Positions 20,491 to 28,760 of a stretch of 64,000 bases of DNA are shown in pieces. Both the position numbers and the translations under genes were made by a program. This stretch comes from Candidatus Eremiobacteria bacterium. Lineage in GTDB: Bacteria; Vulcanimicrobiota; Vulcanimicrobiia; Vulcanimicrobiales; Vulcanimicrobiaceae. Every line of letters starts with the position of its first letter. Within the stretch, counting starts at the first letter, position 1. Where the stretch lies: the NCBI GenBank assembly GCA_963758295.1, contig CAVWUU010000004.1, positions 960,001 to 1,024,000 on the forward strand, written 5' to 3'. Under the pieces are notes generated by a model, which saw only the letters and a list, made by a program, of their open reading frames with translations, made no database searches and was not told the DNA's origin.

Positions 20491-21567
20491 ATGAAATTGC
20501 GCCGACTCATCGCTCTACCGATACTGTTCTGCTTGGCATCATCAGTGTCGGCTTGCAGCGGCCCTGACGGTGGCGGCTCACCGCATGCTCTGCCCGATGG
20601 AAGTATCGCATATCGTCTAGGATCGCAGAAGCTCGCGAATGACAGCCACCTTTCCAGGAATACGTGGACCGAGCGAGCCTCAGATCCGATTGGGAGTACC
20701 GATCTTTCAGTTGGCGTGTCCGGCCATATTCTTTACGCGGTAGGCGGTGGTGGAAATGCGCCGTGCTGCCAACCGACATCGTGGCTAAACACCTTGGAAG
20801 CCTACAATCCGACCACGAATAGCTGGCGCGTGCTAGCGCCGATGCCAACTCCTCGTTGTTGCGCAGCAATGGCCGTGGATCGCGATGTCTTATATGTCGT
20901 CGGCGGCCAAGGAAACCAAAATATTGTTGGGACGGTTGAGGCCTACAACTCATGGACAAATAAGTGGACTACGAAGGCTCCGATGCCGACACCGCGATAC
21001 GCACTTGGCGTTGGATTCGTCCATGGCATCCTCTACGCCGTGGGTGGCGTACAACCGGGACCGGTAACTCCTGCGCTAGGGACGACCGTTGAAGCTTATG
21101 ATCCAAAGGCTAATAGTTGGATGACAAAAGCGCCGTTGCCGGTAGGCCGGACCAATTTACAGGTAGCTGTAGTTCACGAAGTTCTTTACGTGTTCGGTGG
21201 CGTTGGCGGCCCCAACGGTACGGCAGGTGAAAACACCGTTGAAGCTTATGAGCCGCGCACGGACACGTGGACTGCGAAGGCGCAAATGCCGTATTCCATA
21301 TCAAACGGCGCCGCGGCAGTAGTCGACGGAAAGATCTACGTCGCCGGAGGATGTACGGTCAGCAGCAGCACGCCGGCGCAGCAGTCTTGTTACAGCGACA
21401 TGGTGGAATCGTACGATCCGAAGCTCGACAAATGGAGCACGTTGAAACCGATGCTTATTGGAGTTGATGGTCCAGCGGGCGGATCGGTTGATGGGATTTT
21501 TTACGTCGTAGGCGGCCAAAATGCTCGCTTTATGAACATTGGTACAGTCCAGGCCTTTCGACCTTAA
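20491..21567 (+). CDS. Kelch-repeat beta-propeller lipoprotein
   Basis: Lipobox VSAC; six repeats of LY(A/V)xGG...VEAY.P..N.W...APMP. Confidence 0.9.
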   Translation: MKLRRLIALPILFCLASSVSACSGPDGGGSPHALPDGSIAYRLGSQKLANDSHLSRNTWTERASDPIGSTDLSVGVSGHILYAVGGGGNAPCCQPTSWLNTLEAYNPTTNSWRVLAPMPTPRCCAAMAVDRDVLYVVGGQGNQNIVGTVEAYNSWTNKWTTKAPMPTPRYALGVGFVHGILYAVGGVQPGPVTPALGTTVEAYDPKANSWMTKAPLPVGRTNLQVAVVHEVLYVFGGVGGPNGTAGENTVEAYEPRTDTWTAKAQMPYSISNGAAAVVDGKIYVAGGCTVSSSTPAQQSCYSDMVESYDPKLDKWSTLKPMLIGVDGPAGGSVDGIFYVVGGQNARFMNIGTVQAFRP

Positions 21568-21641
21568 GAACCGCTGCATTACGCATCGGCTTTTACCAAG
21601 GTGCACAGGAAGCCGTCACAAGGTATTGGGCGTTTTGATTA

Positions 21642-21976
21642 TGGGATGACCGGGACTCGAACCCGGACGCCCTTACGGGCTGCAGATTTTCGCACCACTA
21701 TAGCTTTCGCTACCGCAATCACGTTTGTGGTCCGGACTGTGCCATGACCATGCGGATTCAGTTCTAAGTGCTGAACCCGGTTAGGCCGCGCCCGTCCAGT
21801 CTCTACACTTTCTCGAGGTCGCTTTCACGAATCGAGCTTAGCTCGGCGTTGTCATGCGCGCGAAGCGCGCGAAGAGTTCACCGACTTTGAGCGCATCCCG
21901 CACGGCGTTTCCTATTCGTGCGGCTCAAGGAGTGTTACCTCAAGTCTGCTGTGTCTACCGATTCCACCATCATCCC
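21642..21976 (-). tRNA. tRNA-Leu(UAA), split by a group I intron (exons 21942-21976 and 21642-21690)
   Basis: Joined exons give GGGATGATGGTGGAATCGGTAGACACAGCAGACTT^AAAATCTGCAGCCCGTAAGGGCGTCCGGGTTCGAGTCCCGGTCATCCCA. This has an acceptor stem, anticodon stem GCAGA/TCTGC with loop CTTAAAA, a long variable arm and a GTTCGAG T-loop. CCA is not encoded. Confidence 0.95.
21691..21941 (-). ncRNA. Group I self-splicing intron (IC3-like), 251 nt, no ORF
   Basis: Inserted after U34 and ends in omega-G. P1 CUU|GAGG..CCUUGAG has a U.G pair at the splice site; P3 GCGCUC/GGGCGC; P4 UCGGUG/CGCCGA; P7 GAGACU (21798-21803) pairs with ACAGUCC (21734-21740); GAAA tetraloop in P9. Confidence 0.9.
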
Positions 21977-21982
21977 ACGTAG

Positions 21983-22225
21983 CTACTGTCGATAGTGTTC
22001 GACAGTATCTGCCGAGCGCATATGCGCAATGTTTGGATCTTGTCCTGCATCGCGGCGCGCGCGGCGTTGACGAAGCAGATCCCAAAAACGATCGAGCTGC
22101 ACTTGAATGTCTTCTAAGCGCTTGCGGTCTTCTTCATTCAAATGTCCGCCGTCGCCGTGTTCGAGCAGGCGATGCTCTTCAGCCACGAGGCCCTCGATGT
22201 GGGTGTTGATCTGGTTGTCGTCCAT
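21983..22225 (-). CDS. DUF2630-family small protein
   Basis: IEGLVAEEHRL, LDRFWDLLRQRRARR and VEHYRQ motifs; GGAGG Shine-Dalgarno. Confidence 0.85.
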   Translation of the reverse strand: MDDNQINTHIEGLVAEEHRLLEHGDGGHLNEEDRKRLEDIQVQLDRFWDLLRQRRARRDAGQDPNIAHMRSADTVEHYRQ

Positions 22226-22313
22226 GGGTCTACCTCCGGGAAGCTGTTACTGCCATCCTTCCCCTACCCACCGCACGGGCGGGTGGCGCTAGGCTGCTAA
22301 AAAATCGGCAGCG

Positions 22314-22904
22314 GTGGGTATCCAAGTCACCGTGCAACAAGAGGATACCCCTTCAAAACCTTTCATCGTCGGCTTGATGGGCCATGCGTATGCAAGTGAC
22401 AACCCGCCGGCCTGGTGGAGAACCTTTGTATTCCGCGTTTTGACCGGTCGTCAGCTGAGCGTCTTCCTTTATCTCTTAACGTGTATGGCAGCTCACGACG
22501 AGTGCAGCCCGACGACCGAAGAGATTCGTTCCTTCGTGGGCCTGAACCGGCCGAACATGGTGTTCGAGGCACTCGACACGCTGGACGATTACGGCTTCAT
22601 CGTGCGCCACCGCCGCGTGCTGCCTGGCTCGAGCGGCCGCCGGAACCTCTATCAACGCCCGCCCTGGGAGTACACGATTCTACGCTTGATGCAGTTGGGA
22701 ATTCTGGACGAACGCCTGCGCGTGCGACACTTGGAATCAACGTACACGCCGGAGATCATGCACGAACTGGACGCAGCGGTGCGCGGCTTGTTGGGGGATC
22801 GTTACGAGAAGTATCTCTCGGACGACGACGCGGGGCGCCGCAAAGTGCTGATGGCGGCGCTCGCCGCAAAATCACAGGACCACCCGCACCTGCGGCCGGT
22901 CTAG
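22314..22904 (+). CDS. Hypothetical winged-HTH protein
   Basis: LSVFLYLL..CSPTTEEIRSFVGLNRPNMVFEALDTLDDYGFI resembles an HTH_36-like domain. Confidence 0.55.
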   Translation: MGIQVTVQQEDTPSKPFIVGLMGHAYASDNPPAWWRTFVFRVLTGRQLSVFLYLLTCMAAHDECSPTTEEIRSFVGLNRPNMVFEALDTLDDYGFIVRHRRVLPGSSGRRNLYQRPPWEYTILRLMQLGILDERLRVRHLESTYTPEIMHELDAAVRGLLGDRYEKYLSDDDAGRRKVLMAALAAKSQDHPHLRPV

Positions 22905-23821
22905 ATATCTTCCTGATCGCGTTGTTGCAACAAGTAGCCGAGAAGCAAATCGCTGCTCGTTGCAACGGCGCGATCTTTCGTTAAGATGTCGAGAATTGTT
23001 TCGATGATGATGATCCCCGCCGGCAAAATGTCCGCGCGCTGCGGATTCATGCCGGGGACGTCTTTTCGACGTTCGTAGACAAGCGCGCAGAGGATCGAGA
23101 GCGCGTGTTCGAGATCCTTGCGCGTTAGATCGAAGCGTTCGATGCCGCTGGTTCCACCGACGACCGACGCGGCCGTCATAGCGGAACCCCCAACGATCGC
23201 GAGTTTATCGACGGAACGGAAGTGCGCGACCGGTTCCAATGCTTCACGAGCGTATTCGCGCGCCCGGTCTACTACGACCGATGCAATGGCGCCGTCGTGA
23301 CCGGCGAGTTCCGGTACGCGCTCCGTTAGACGCACCGCTCCAATCTCGCAAGACACCGTTCTCTCGGCATGAGCACCGCGGCCGATCGCATATTCTGTGC
23401 TGCCGCCGCCGGTGTCTACGACGCCGACTTCCCGCCCGTGAAGATGTCCGAATTCGCTGATCGCTCCACGATACGACGCTTGCGCTTCTTCGTGGCCGGA
23501 AAGGACCCGCAGCTTCGCTCCCGTGATGCGTTTGATGGCGTCCGCAAAGGCTTCGCCGTTCTCGGCGCGCCGGACGGCCGAGGTTGCAATTACCGAGAGG
23601 CGATCGTACTGTCCGCGAATCTTTTCAAAGTGCGACTCAACGGCGTCCAACGTCCGGCGCATCGGCTCTTCGCCCAACAGGCCGCTATCGTGCAGTCCCT
23701 CACCGACGCGCGTGCCGGTCGCGTTCGCAAGAACCGTACGCGGGCGATCCCCCGAAAGATCGGCGACTAACACGCGGGTGGAGTTGGTGCCGATGGAAAT
23801 AACGGCATCCTGTCGACTCAT
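22901..23821 (-). CDS. ppx: Ppx/GppA exopolyphosphatase-family protein
   Basis: IGTNSTR, ATSAVRRAEN, EEA, DTGGGSTE and RADILPAG motifs. Confidence 0.9.
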   Translation of the reverse strand: MSRQDAVISIGTNSTRVLVADLSGDRPRTVLANATGTRVGEGLHDSGLLGEEPMRRTLDAVESHFEKIRGQYDRLSVIATSAVRRAENGEAFADAIKRITGAKLRVLSGHEEAQASYRGAISEFGHLHGREVGVVDTGGGSTEYAIGRGAHAERTVSCEIGAVRLTERVPELAGHDGAIASVVVDRAREYAREALEPVAHFRSVDKLAIVGGSAMTAASVVGGTSGIERFDLTRKDLEHALSILCALVYERRKDVPGMNPQRADILPAGIIIIETILDILTKDRAVATSSDLLLGYLLQQRDQEDI

Positions 23822-23830
23822 CCGATGCCC

Positions 23831-24193
23831 TCACTGCTCGCTGTGTTTAGACTCGTATAGCGCGGCGCGTTTCTTCTTTTTTAGGAAATGGCGCTCAGCG
23901 GAAGGCACGCCGTCGGCATCGGCATCCCATGTTTCGGTGCTTCGCATATACTGCGCGATCTGTTCGTCGAGTACTTCGTCACGAATCTGCGGGGCGATCG
24001 TCACCATTGGTCGCCGCTCACCGGGATGCCGCACGAACATCAAGCGTTTATGGGCCGTAATGCCCCGTTCGTATTCCAGGCGATGCGCCTCAACGTCGCC
24101 GGCGGGGGCACTGGCGAGTTCGCCCGATTCCAGGCGCACCGTTGCGCCGTACGCGTTGACGTTGATAACGAAACCGTAGACGGGATCGTTCAC
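23831..24193 (-). CDS. Small protein with a divergent S1/OB-like N-terminus
   Basis: VYGFVINVNAYGATVRL; lies between divIC-like and ppx genes. Confidence 0.55.
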   Translation of the reverse strand: MNDPVYGFVINVNAYGATVRLESGELASAPAGDVEAHRLEYERGITAHKRLMFVRHPGERRPMVTIAPQIRDEVLDEQIAQYMRSTETWDADADGVPSAERHFLKKKKRAALYESKHSEQ

Positions 24194-24522
24194 GGAGCGA
24201 TTGTTGGCGCAGCCGATGGGGCGGGACTAACGAAGATGATCGCTTCGTTCGGCGCAACTAGGCGCAGGCGGTCGTGAATTTCCGGGATGGTTCCATCGGG
24301 CGATTCCAACCGGCGCAATTCGCGCAACTGATGTTCGCGATGCGCATGCAGCGCGCTGATATCCGATTCGGTCGTGGAAAGCTCGCGTGCGAGCGCGACG
24401 TTTTGATTGACGACGCGCGCAAATTGCACGGTGACGAGCGTAAAAACGAGAAGCGCAACGAGAGCCGCAGTTATACGTCCGGCGAGGGATACAAACAGCG
24501 GAGCACGCGTGCGCTTTTTCAC
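24190..24522 (-). CDS. Septum formation initiator (FtsB/DivIC family)
   Basis: Basic N-terminus, one TM segment, coiled coil and RLRLVAPNE. Confidence 0.75.
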   Translation of the reverse strand: MKKRTRAPLFVSLAGRITAALVALLVFTLVTVQFARVVNQNVALARELSTTESDISALHAHREHQLRELRRLESPDGTIPEIHDRLRLVAPNEAIIFVSPAPSAAPTIAP

Positions 24523-24529
24523 GTGCCTT

Positions 24530-25498
24530 TTAGATCGCTTCCCGGCGCTGGTTTTGCCATGCGCCTAGCCGCCGATACTTCGAATAGCGCGCCTCCTGCA
24601 ACGCATCCGGCGTGAATGCCGAAAGCCGTTGCAATGAGGACCGGATTGCATCTAACACTTTTGCGATCGTGGCCGAACTTTCGCGATGCGCACCGCCGAG
24701 CGGTTCGGGAACGATTTCGTCGATAATTCCGAAGCGCTCCAGGTCCTCAGCGGTAAGTTTCAACCGCGCTGCCGCCTCTTCCGCCTTTGCCGCGTCACCC
24801 CACAGAATCGCGGCGCAGCCTTCGGGCGAAGCAACGGAGTACACCGAGTGCTCCAGCATGATGACGTGGTCGGCAATCCCAAGGGCAAGCGCGCCGCCGG
24901 AGCCGCCTTCACCGATGATCGTCGCGATGATCGGGACCCGCGCTTCCGTGAATTCGTAGAGGCAGCTTGCGATCGCCTCGGATTGCGCGTGCTCTTCCGA
25001 CGTGATGCCGGGATCGGCGCCCTTGGTGTCCACGAACGTAATTATCGGCACGCCGAGGCGAGAAGCCATATGTGCCAGACGCTTTACTTTCCGATAACCC
25101 TCGGGCGTTACCATTCCGAAGTTGCGGCGCAGGTTTTCTTTCGTATCGCGGCCGCGCTGTTGCGCGATCGCCATCACCGGCCGCCCCGCCAGCAGGGCGA
25201 AGCCGCCGACAATCGCGGGATCGTCGCGCATGAACCGGTCGCCGTGGAGTTCGTCGAACCGGTCGAGCTGCGAGATGTAATCGAGCGAGGTCGGCCGGTT
25301 GGGATGGCGCGCCATGTGCACCTTCTCCCACGGCGTTAGCGATCCAAAGACCTCGCGAAGTATCTCTTGATACTTCTGCTCGAGGCCGGTAATTTCGACC
25401 GACATGTCCACCGGCTGGCTCGCGTTGACGGCGCGCAGTTCGGCGATGCGGCGCTCGAGTTCTAAGAGACCCTTCTCGCGTTCGACGATCACGTTCAT
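24530..25498 (-). CDS. accA: Acetyl-CoA carboxylase carboxyltransferase alpha
   Basis: ARHPNRP, ELHGDR, RNFGM, GEGGSGGAL and SPEGCAAIL motifs; start MNVIVERE at 25498. Confidence 0.95.
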   Translation of the reverse strand: MNVIVEREKGLLELERRIAELRAVNASQPVDMSVEITGLEQKYQEILREVFGSLTPWEKVHMARHPNRPTSLDYISQLDRFDELHGDRFMRDDPAIVGGFALLAGRPVMAIAQQRGRDTKENLRRNFGMVTPEGYRKVKRLAHMASRLGVPIITFVDTKGADPGITSEEHAQSEAIASCLYEFTEARVPIIATIIGEGGSGGALALGIADHVIMLEHSVYSVASPEGCAAILWGDAAKAEEAAARLKLTAEDLERFGIIDEIVPEPLGGAHRESSATIAKVLDAIRSSLQRLSAFTPDALQEARYSKYRRLGAWQNQRREAI

Positions 25499-26346
25499 GC
25501 GAGCACCTTCACGGATCCGCCGACGTATTCCAACAGGCGCACGATCGTAGCTTTGAGCTCGTGGCGGTCGACGACCATATCGATGTGTCCCTTCTCGAGC
25601 AGAAATTCCGCCGTTTGGAACTGATCGGGGAGTTTCTGACGGATGGTCTGCTCGATCACGCGGCGGCCCGCGAAGCCGATCATCGCGCGAGGTTCGGAAA
25701 TGATGACGTCGGACTCGAAGGCGAAGGACGCCGAAACGCCGCCCGTCGTCGGATCGGTAAGGACGGTCACGAACATGTTCCCGTCGCGCATGAAGCGATT
25801 CACGGCGGCGGTGGTCTTGGCCATCTGCATGAGCGCGTACATGCCTTCTTCCATGCGGGCGCCGCCCGAAGCGGTGAAGATGATGCACGGGATGGCGCGT
25901 TTCTGCGCTTCTTCTAAGAGTAAGGTTATGCGCTCGCCCACGACGGTGCCCATCGTGCCGCCGCGGAAGTGGAAGTCCATCACGCCGAGCGCGACTTCAT
26001 GGCCACCGATCTGTCCCAGGCCGCAGACCACGCCTTCGGACATGCCGCTCTTCTCTTTGTCGCCCGCAATCTTTACCGGATACGTCTTCTTGTCCACCCA
26101 GCCGAGCGGGTCTCCCGGCTGCACGTCTGCGCCGATCTCAACAAAATCGCCGTCGATCAACGAACTGATGCGGTCGTACGCCGCCATGCGGAAATGGTGG
26201 CCGCACTTCGTGCAGACGTAAAGATTTGCGGCGAGGTCGCGCCGGTACAGCACCTCGCTGCACTTGGGACACTTGCTCCAAAGTGCGGCATCGCGGGCGT
26301 CGGCGTTCTTGCTGCGACGGATGCGCAGCCATTCAGGAACGGCCAC
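25495..26346 (-). CDS. accD: Acetyl-CoA carboxylase carboxyltransferase beta
   Basis: CPKC...CTKC zinc finger, SGGARMEEG, PTTGGVSASFA and GFAGRRVIEQT motifs. Confidence 0.95.
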   Translation of the reverse strand: MAVPEWLRIRRSKNADARDAALWSKCPKCSEVLYRRDLAANLYVCTKCGHHFRMAAYDRISSLIDGDFVEIGADVQPGDPLGWVDKKTYPVKIAGDKEKSGMSEGVVCGLGQIGGHEVALGVMDFHFRGGTMGTVVGERITLLLEEAQKRAIPCIIFTASGGARMEEGMYALMQMAKTTAAVNRFMRDGNMFVTVLTDPTTGGVSASFAFESDVIISEPRAMIGFAGRRVIEQTIRQKLPDQFQTAEFLLEKGHIDMVVDRHELKATIVRLLEYVGGSVKVLA

Positions 26347-26352
26347 GGCGGC

Positions 26353-27069
26353 CTAACTCTTTCCCGGAAAGAGCCGCGCGCTGTAGAGCTTGCGCAGCTG
26401 CTTTAGATAGTTGAAGATTTCTTTTTGATTTAGCTTCGACTCGCCAACGATGCGGTCGGTGAACACGTATGGCACCTCGAGGGCACGGCCGTATTTGGCT
26501 TTCGCGACCACCTCCAGACCAATCTTAAATCCGATCGGGTCCAGTTCCACGCCATCGAGCGCTTCGCGTTTCACCAAGAAGTAGCCGCTGGTGATATCTT
26601 TTACGTTGGTCAGCGGGCGGGCCAGCCAGCAGGCCACTTTAGAGGTCACGATTCGCTTAGCCGGCCAATTGGTTATGCCGCCCCCTTTAACATAGCGACT
26701 GCCGATAGCCAGCCCATACTGCCCCGAGGCGAGCGCCTGCACCATTTGCGGCAAGATCTTGAGGTCGTGGCTGAAGTCGGCATCCATCGCGCCGAGCGCT
26801 TTCGATTCGGGACGCGCGTACTTCCAGCCGTCGATGACGCCGCTCGAAAGACCCAGCTTCCCGGGACGATGCAGGCACCGCACGGGTAGTTCCGGCGAAA
26901 GACGGTCTACGATAGCTCCCGTTCCGTCCGGCGAGTTGTCGTCAACGACGATAATTTCGCCGTCGAGGCCGTTCTTTTTGAAGAGTTCATCGAGCCCACG
27001 GAGCAGACGCTCGATACCGCCGGCTTCGTTATAGGTCGGAATGACGATGGAAAACGGGAAACTACTCAT
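26353..27069 (-). CDS. Polyprenol monophosphomannose synthase-like GT2
   Basis: IPTYNE, VDDNSPDGT, MDADFSH, GSRYVKGG and FTDRIVGESKL motifs. Confidence 0.88.
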   Translation of the reverse strand: MSSFPFSIVIPTYNEAGGIERLLRGLDELFKKNGLDGEIIVVDDNSPDGTGAIVDRLSPELPVRCLHRPGKLGLSSGVIDGWKYARPESKALGAMDADFSHDLKILPQMVQALASGQYGLAIGSRYVKGGGITNWPAKRIVTSKVACWLARPLTNVKDITSGYFLVKREALDGVELDPIGFKIGLEVVAKAKYGRALEVPYVFTDRIVGESKLNQKEIFNYLKQLRKLYSARLFPGKS

Positions 27070-27124
27070 CTTCAATCGGCGCTATTACGACGGAAGGGAG
27101 CCGGTTTCCTGATACGTTGGAACG

Positions 27125-27769
27125 TTAAACCAAGCCGGTCCGCATCGCGCGAATCACGAGCTGCGTACGTGCGTTCACCCGCATCTTCGCGAAGATCTTC
27201 GAAACGTGGTTCTTCACGGTCTTATCCGAAAGGATGAGCCGCTGGCCGATTTCCTTGTTCGAAAGTCCCTCGACGATCAGGCGCACGATTTGGAGTTCAC
27301 GCGGGGAGAGCTCGTTGACGTCGCCACGAGTCCGCGTAGCGCGCTGGCGCAACAGCGCTCCCGCGAGGCGGCCGTCGGCATGAAACCCGTCGCTCACGAT
27401 CGTGCGGATCGCGCGGATGAGGTCGGCCGGCGACGTGTCCTTCACAACATAGCCGTCGGCGCCCGCCGCGATCGCGCGGAGCATCAGCTCGCTGCTCAGG
27501 TGCGAGGAGATCACACAGATCTTCGTGCGGCGGCTAGCCGTATGACACTGCGAAATGAGCAGCTCCAATTCGGCGAGGTGATCGTCCAAATCCAACACGG
27601 CGACGTCGGCGGCGGCATTCCGGAACTCCTCGGGATCGAACGTGCGCGAATCGGCGACTTGAAATTCGCCGTCTTGCGACAACACGGTGCTGATCGCTTT
27701 TGCAAGCAATACTTGCGGTTCGATGATATACACGGCCAGATTCCCGAGGCCGGTCGCCTGCGTATTCAT
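27125..27769 (-). CDS. NarL/LuxR-family response regulator with an atypical receiver
   Basis: REC-like N-terminus (IIEPQ, VLDLDD, GYVVKD) plus HTH LSPRELQIVRLIVEGLSNKEIGQRLILSDKTVKNHVS. Confidence 0.9.
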   Translation of the reverse strand: MNTQATGLGNLAVYIIEPQVLLAKAISTVLSQDGEFQVADSRTFDPEEFRNAAADVAVLDLDDHLAELELLISQCHTASRRTKICVISSHLSSELMLRAIAAGADGYVVKDTSPADLIRAIRTIVSDGFHADGRLAGALLRQRATRTRGDVNELSPRELQIVRLIVEGLSNKEIGQRLILSDKTVKNHVSKIFAKMRVNARTQLVIRAMRTGLV

Positions 27770-27803
27770 AGGTTAACGGTATCCGAACGATGAGCCGTGC
27801 GCA

Positions 27804-28760
27804 CTACCCACTTTGGTGGATATTTCGCGTTTCGATAGGCTGTGAGGGATAGGGCAGAGCAAATTGTCCGAGCGGTACTACCTCGAAGTTTTTCGCGAGC
27901 GTCCGGAGCGAACGTTCGACGATCGATAGTTTCAATCCGAGATCCAAGTTCATAGCGGGGAAAAACGCCAGCTCCGGGCACTCGTTTCCGCTCAGAAAAT
28001 CCAGCGGATGCAAGAGAATCGAAGGCTCCGTGCGCGTGGCGCGGCAGAGCGCAATCGCGGTATTGAAATACGCCCTCGCAAGTCCCGGTGAAATCGTAGC
28101 GGCGTAGAGGACATAACTGATGTGAATCGGCAGCCGCGAAAGCGGCATCGTCGTCACCGGAATTTCCACTATCGAACTGCCGTTCGCGCGAACGCGATGC
28201 TGCCTGTTCGGTTGAAATCCGTCACTGAAGTGGCCGAAGAGGTCCTCACGGTCCCGCATCTCGTCCTTCGAGAGGTGCGTGCTCCGAAAATAGTACGCTC
28301 TCGCCAAGGGCCCAATGAACGTCGGAAGCGTCGAAGCATCGTATAAATAGCCGCGCCGCGCGAGAATGCTCAGAATCGCCGGCGAACAAGTAAATCCCGG
28401 TCCGCGAAATCCGTGCGGACGGCACCCCGTCGCCGCTTCGATACTTTCTTCGGCCCGCGCGAATTCTTCGTCGATCGACTCTTCGCTGTGGCGGTGCATC
28501 CACGGCTCGTGATGGAAGGAATGATTGCCGATTTCATGGCCGCGCCGCGATAGCTCATGCAGCATGTCGCGGTTGGACGCCAACGCGGCGTCTTGCCCAA
28601 CCACGAAAAACGTGATGCGAAGATTCAGGCGATCCAGGAAATCCAACACCCGGGGAACGAGCACATCGAGATAGGACGGGAACGACTCCCACCCCGCGCC
28701 GCCGTGCGTCTTCATATAAGACCACTTGTTGTCGATATCGAGTGACAGCGCTGCCTTCAT
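27804..28760 (-). CDS. Polysaccharide deacetylase (CE4/NodB-like)
   Basis: SLDID, TFFVVG, HEIGNHSFHH, GFRGPG and LLHPLD motifs. Confidence 0.88.
   Translation of the reverse strand: MKAALSLDIDNKWSYMKTHGGAGWESFPSYLDVLVPRVLDFLDRLNLRITFFVVGQDAALASNRDMLHELSRRGHEIGNHSFHHEPWMHRHSEESIDEEFARAEESIEAATGCRPHGFRGPGFTCSPAILSILARRGYLYDASTLPTFIGPLARAYYFRSTHLSKDEMRDREDLFGHFSDGFQPNRQHRVRANGSSIVEIPVTTMPLSRLPIHISYVLYAATISPGLARAYFNTAIALCRATRTEPSILLHPLDFLSGNECPELAFFPAMNLDLGLKLSIVERSLRTLAKNFEVVPLGQFALPYPSQPIETRNIHQSG

Noticed and set aside
25499..25888. N-terminal extension of accA (452-aa ORF call)
   Set aside because: It overlaps accD in another frame; the real start is ATG 25498, coupled to the accD stop.
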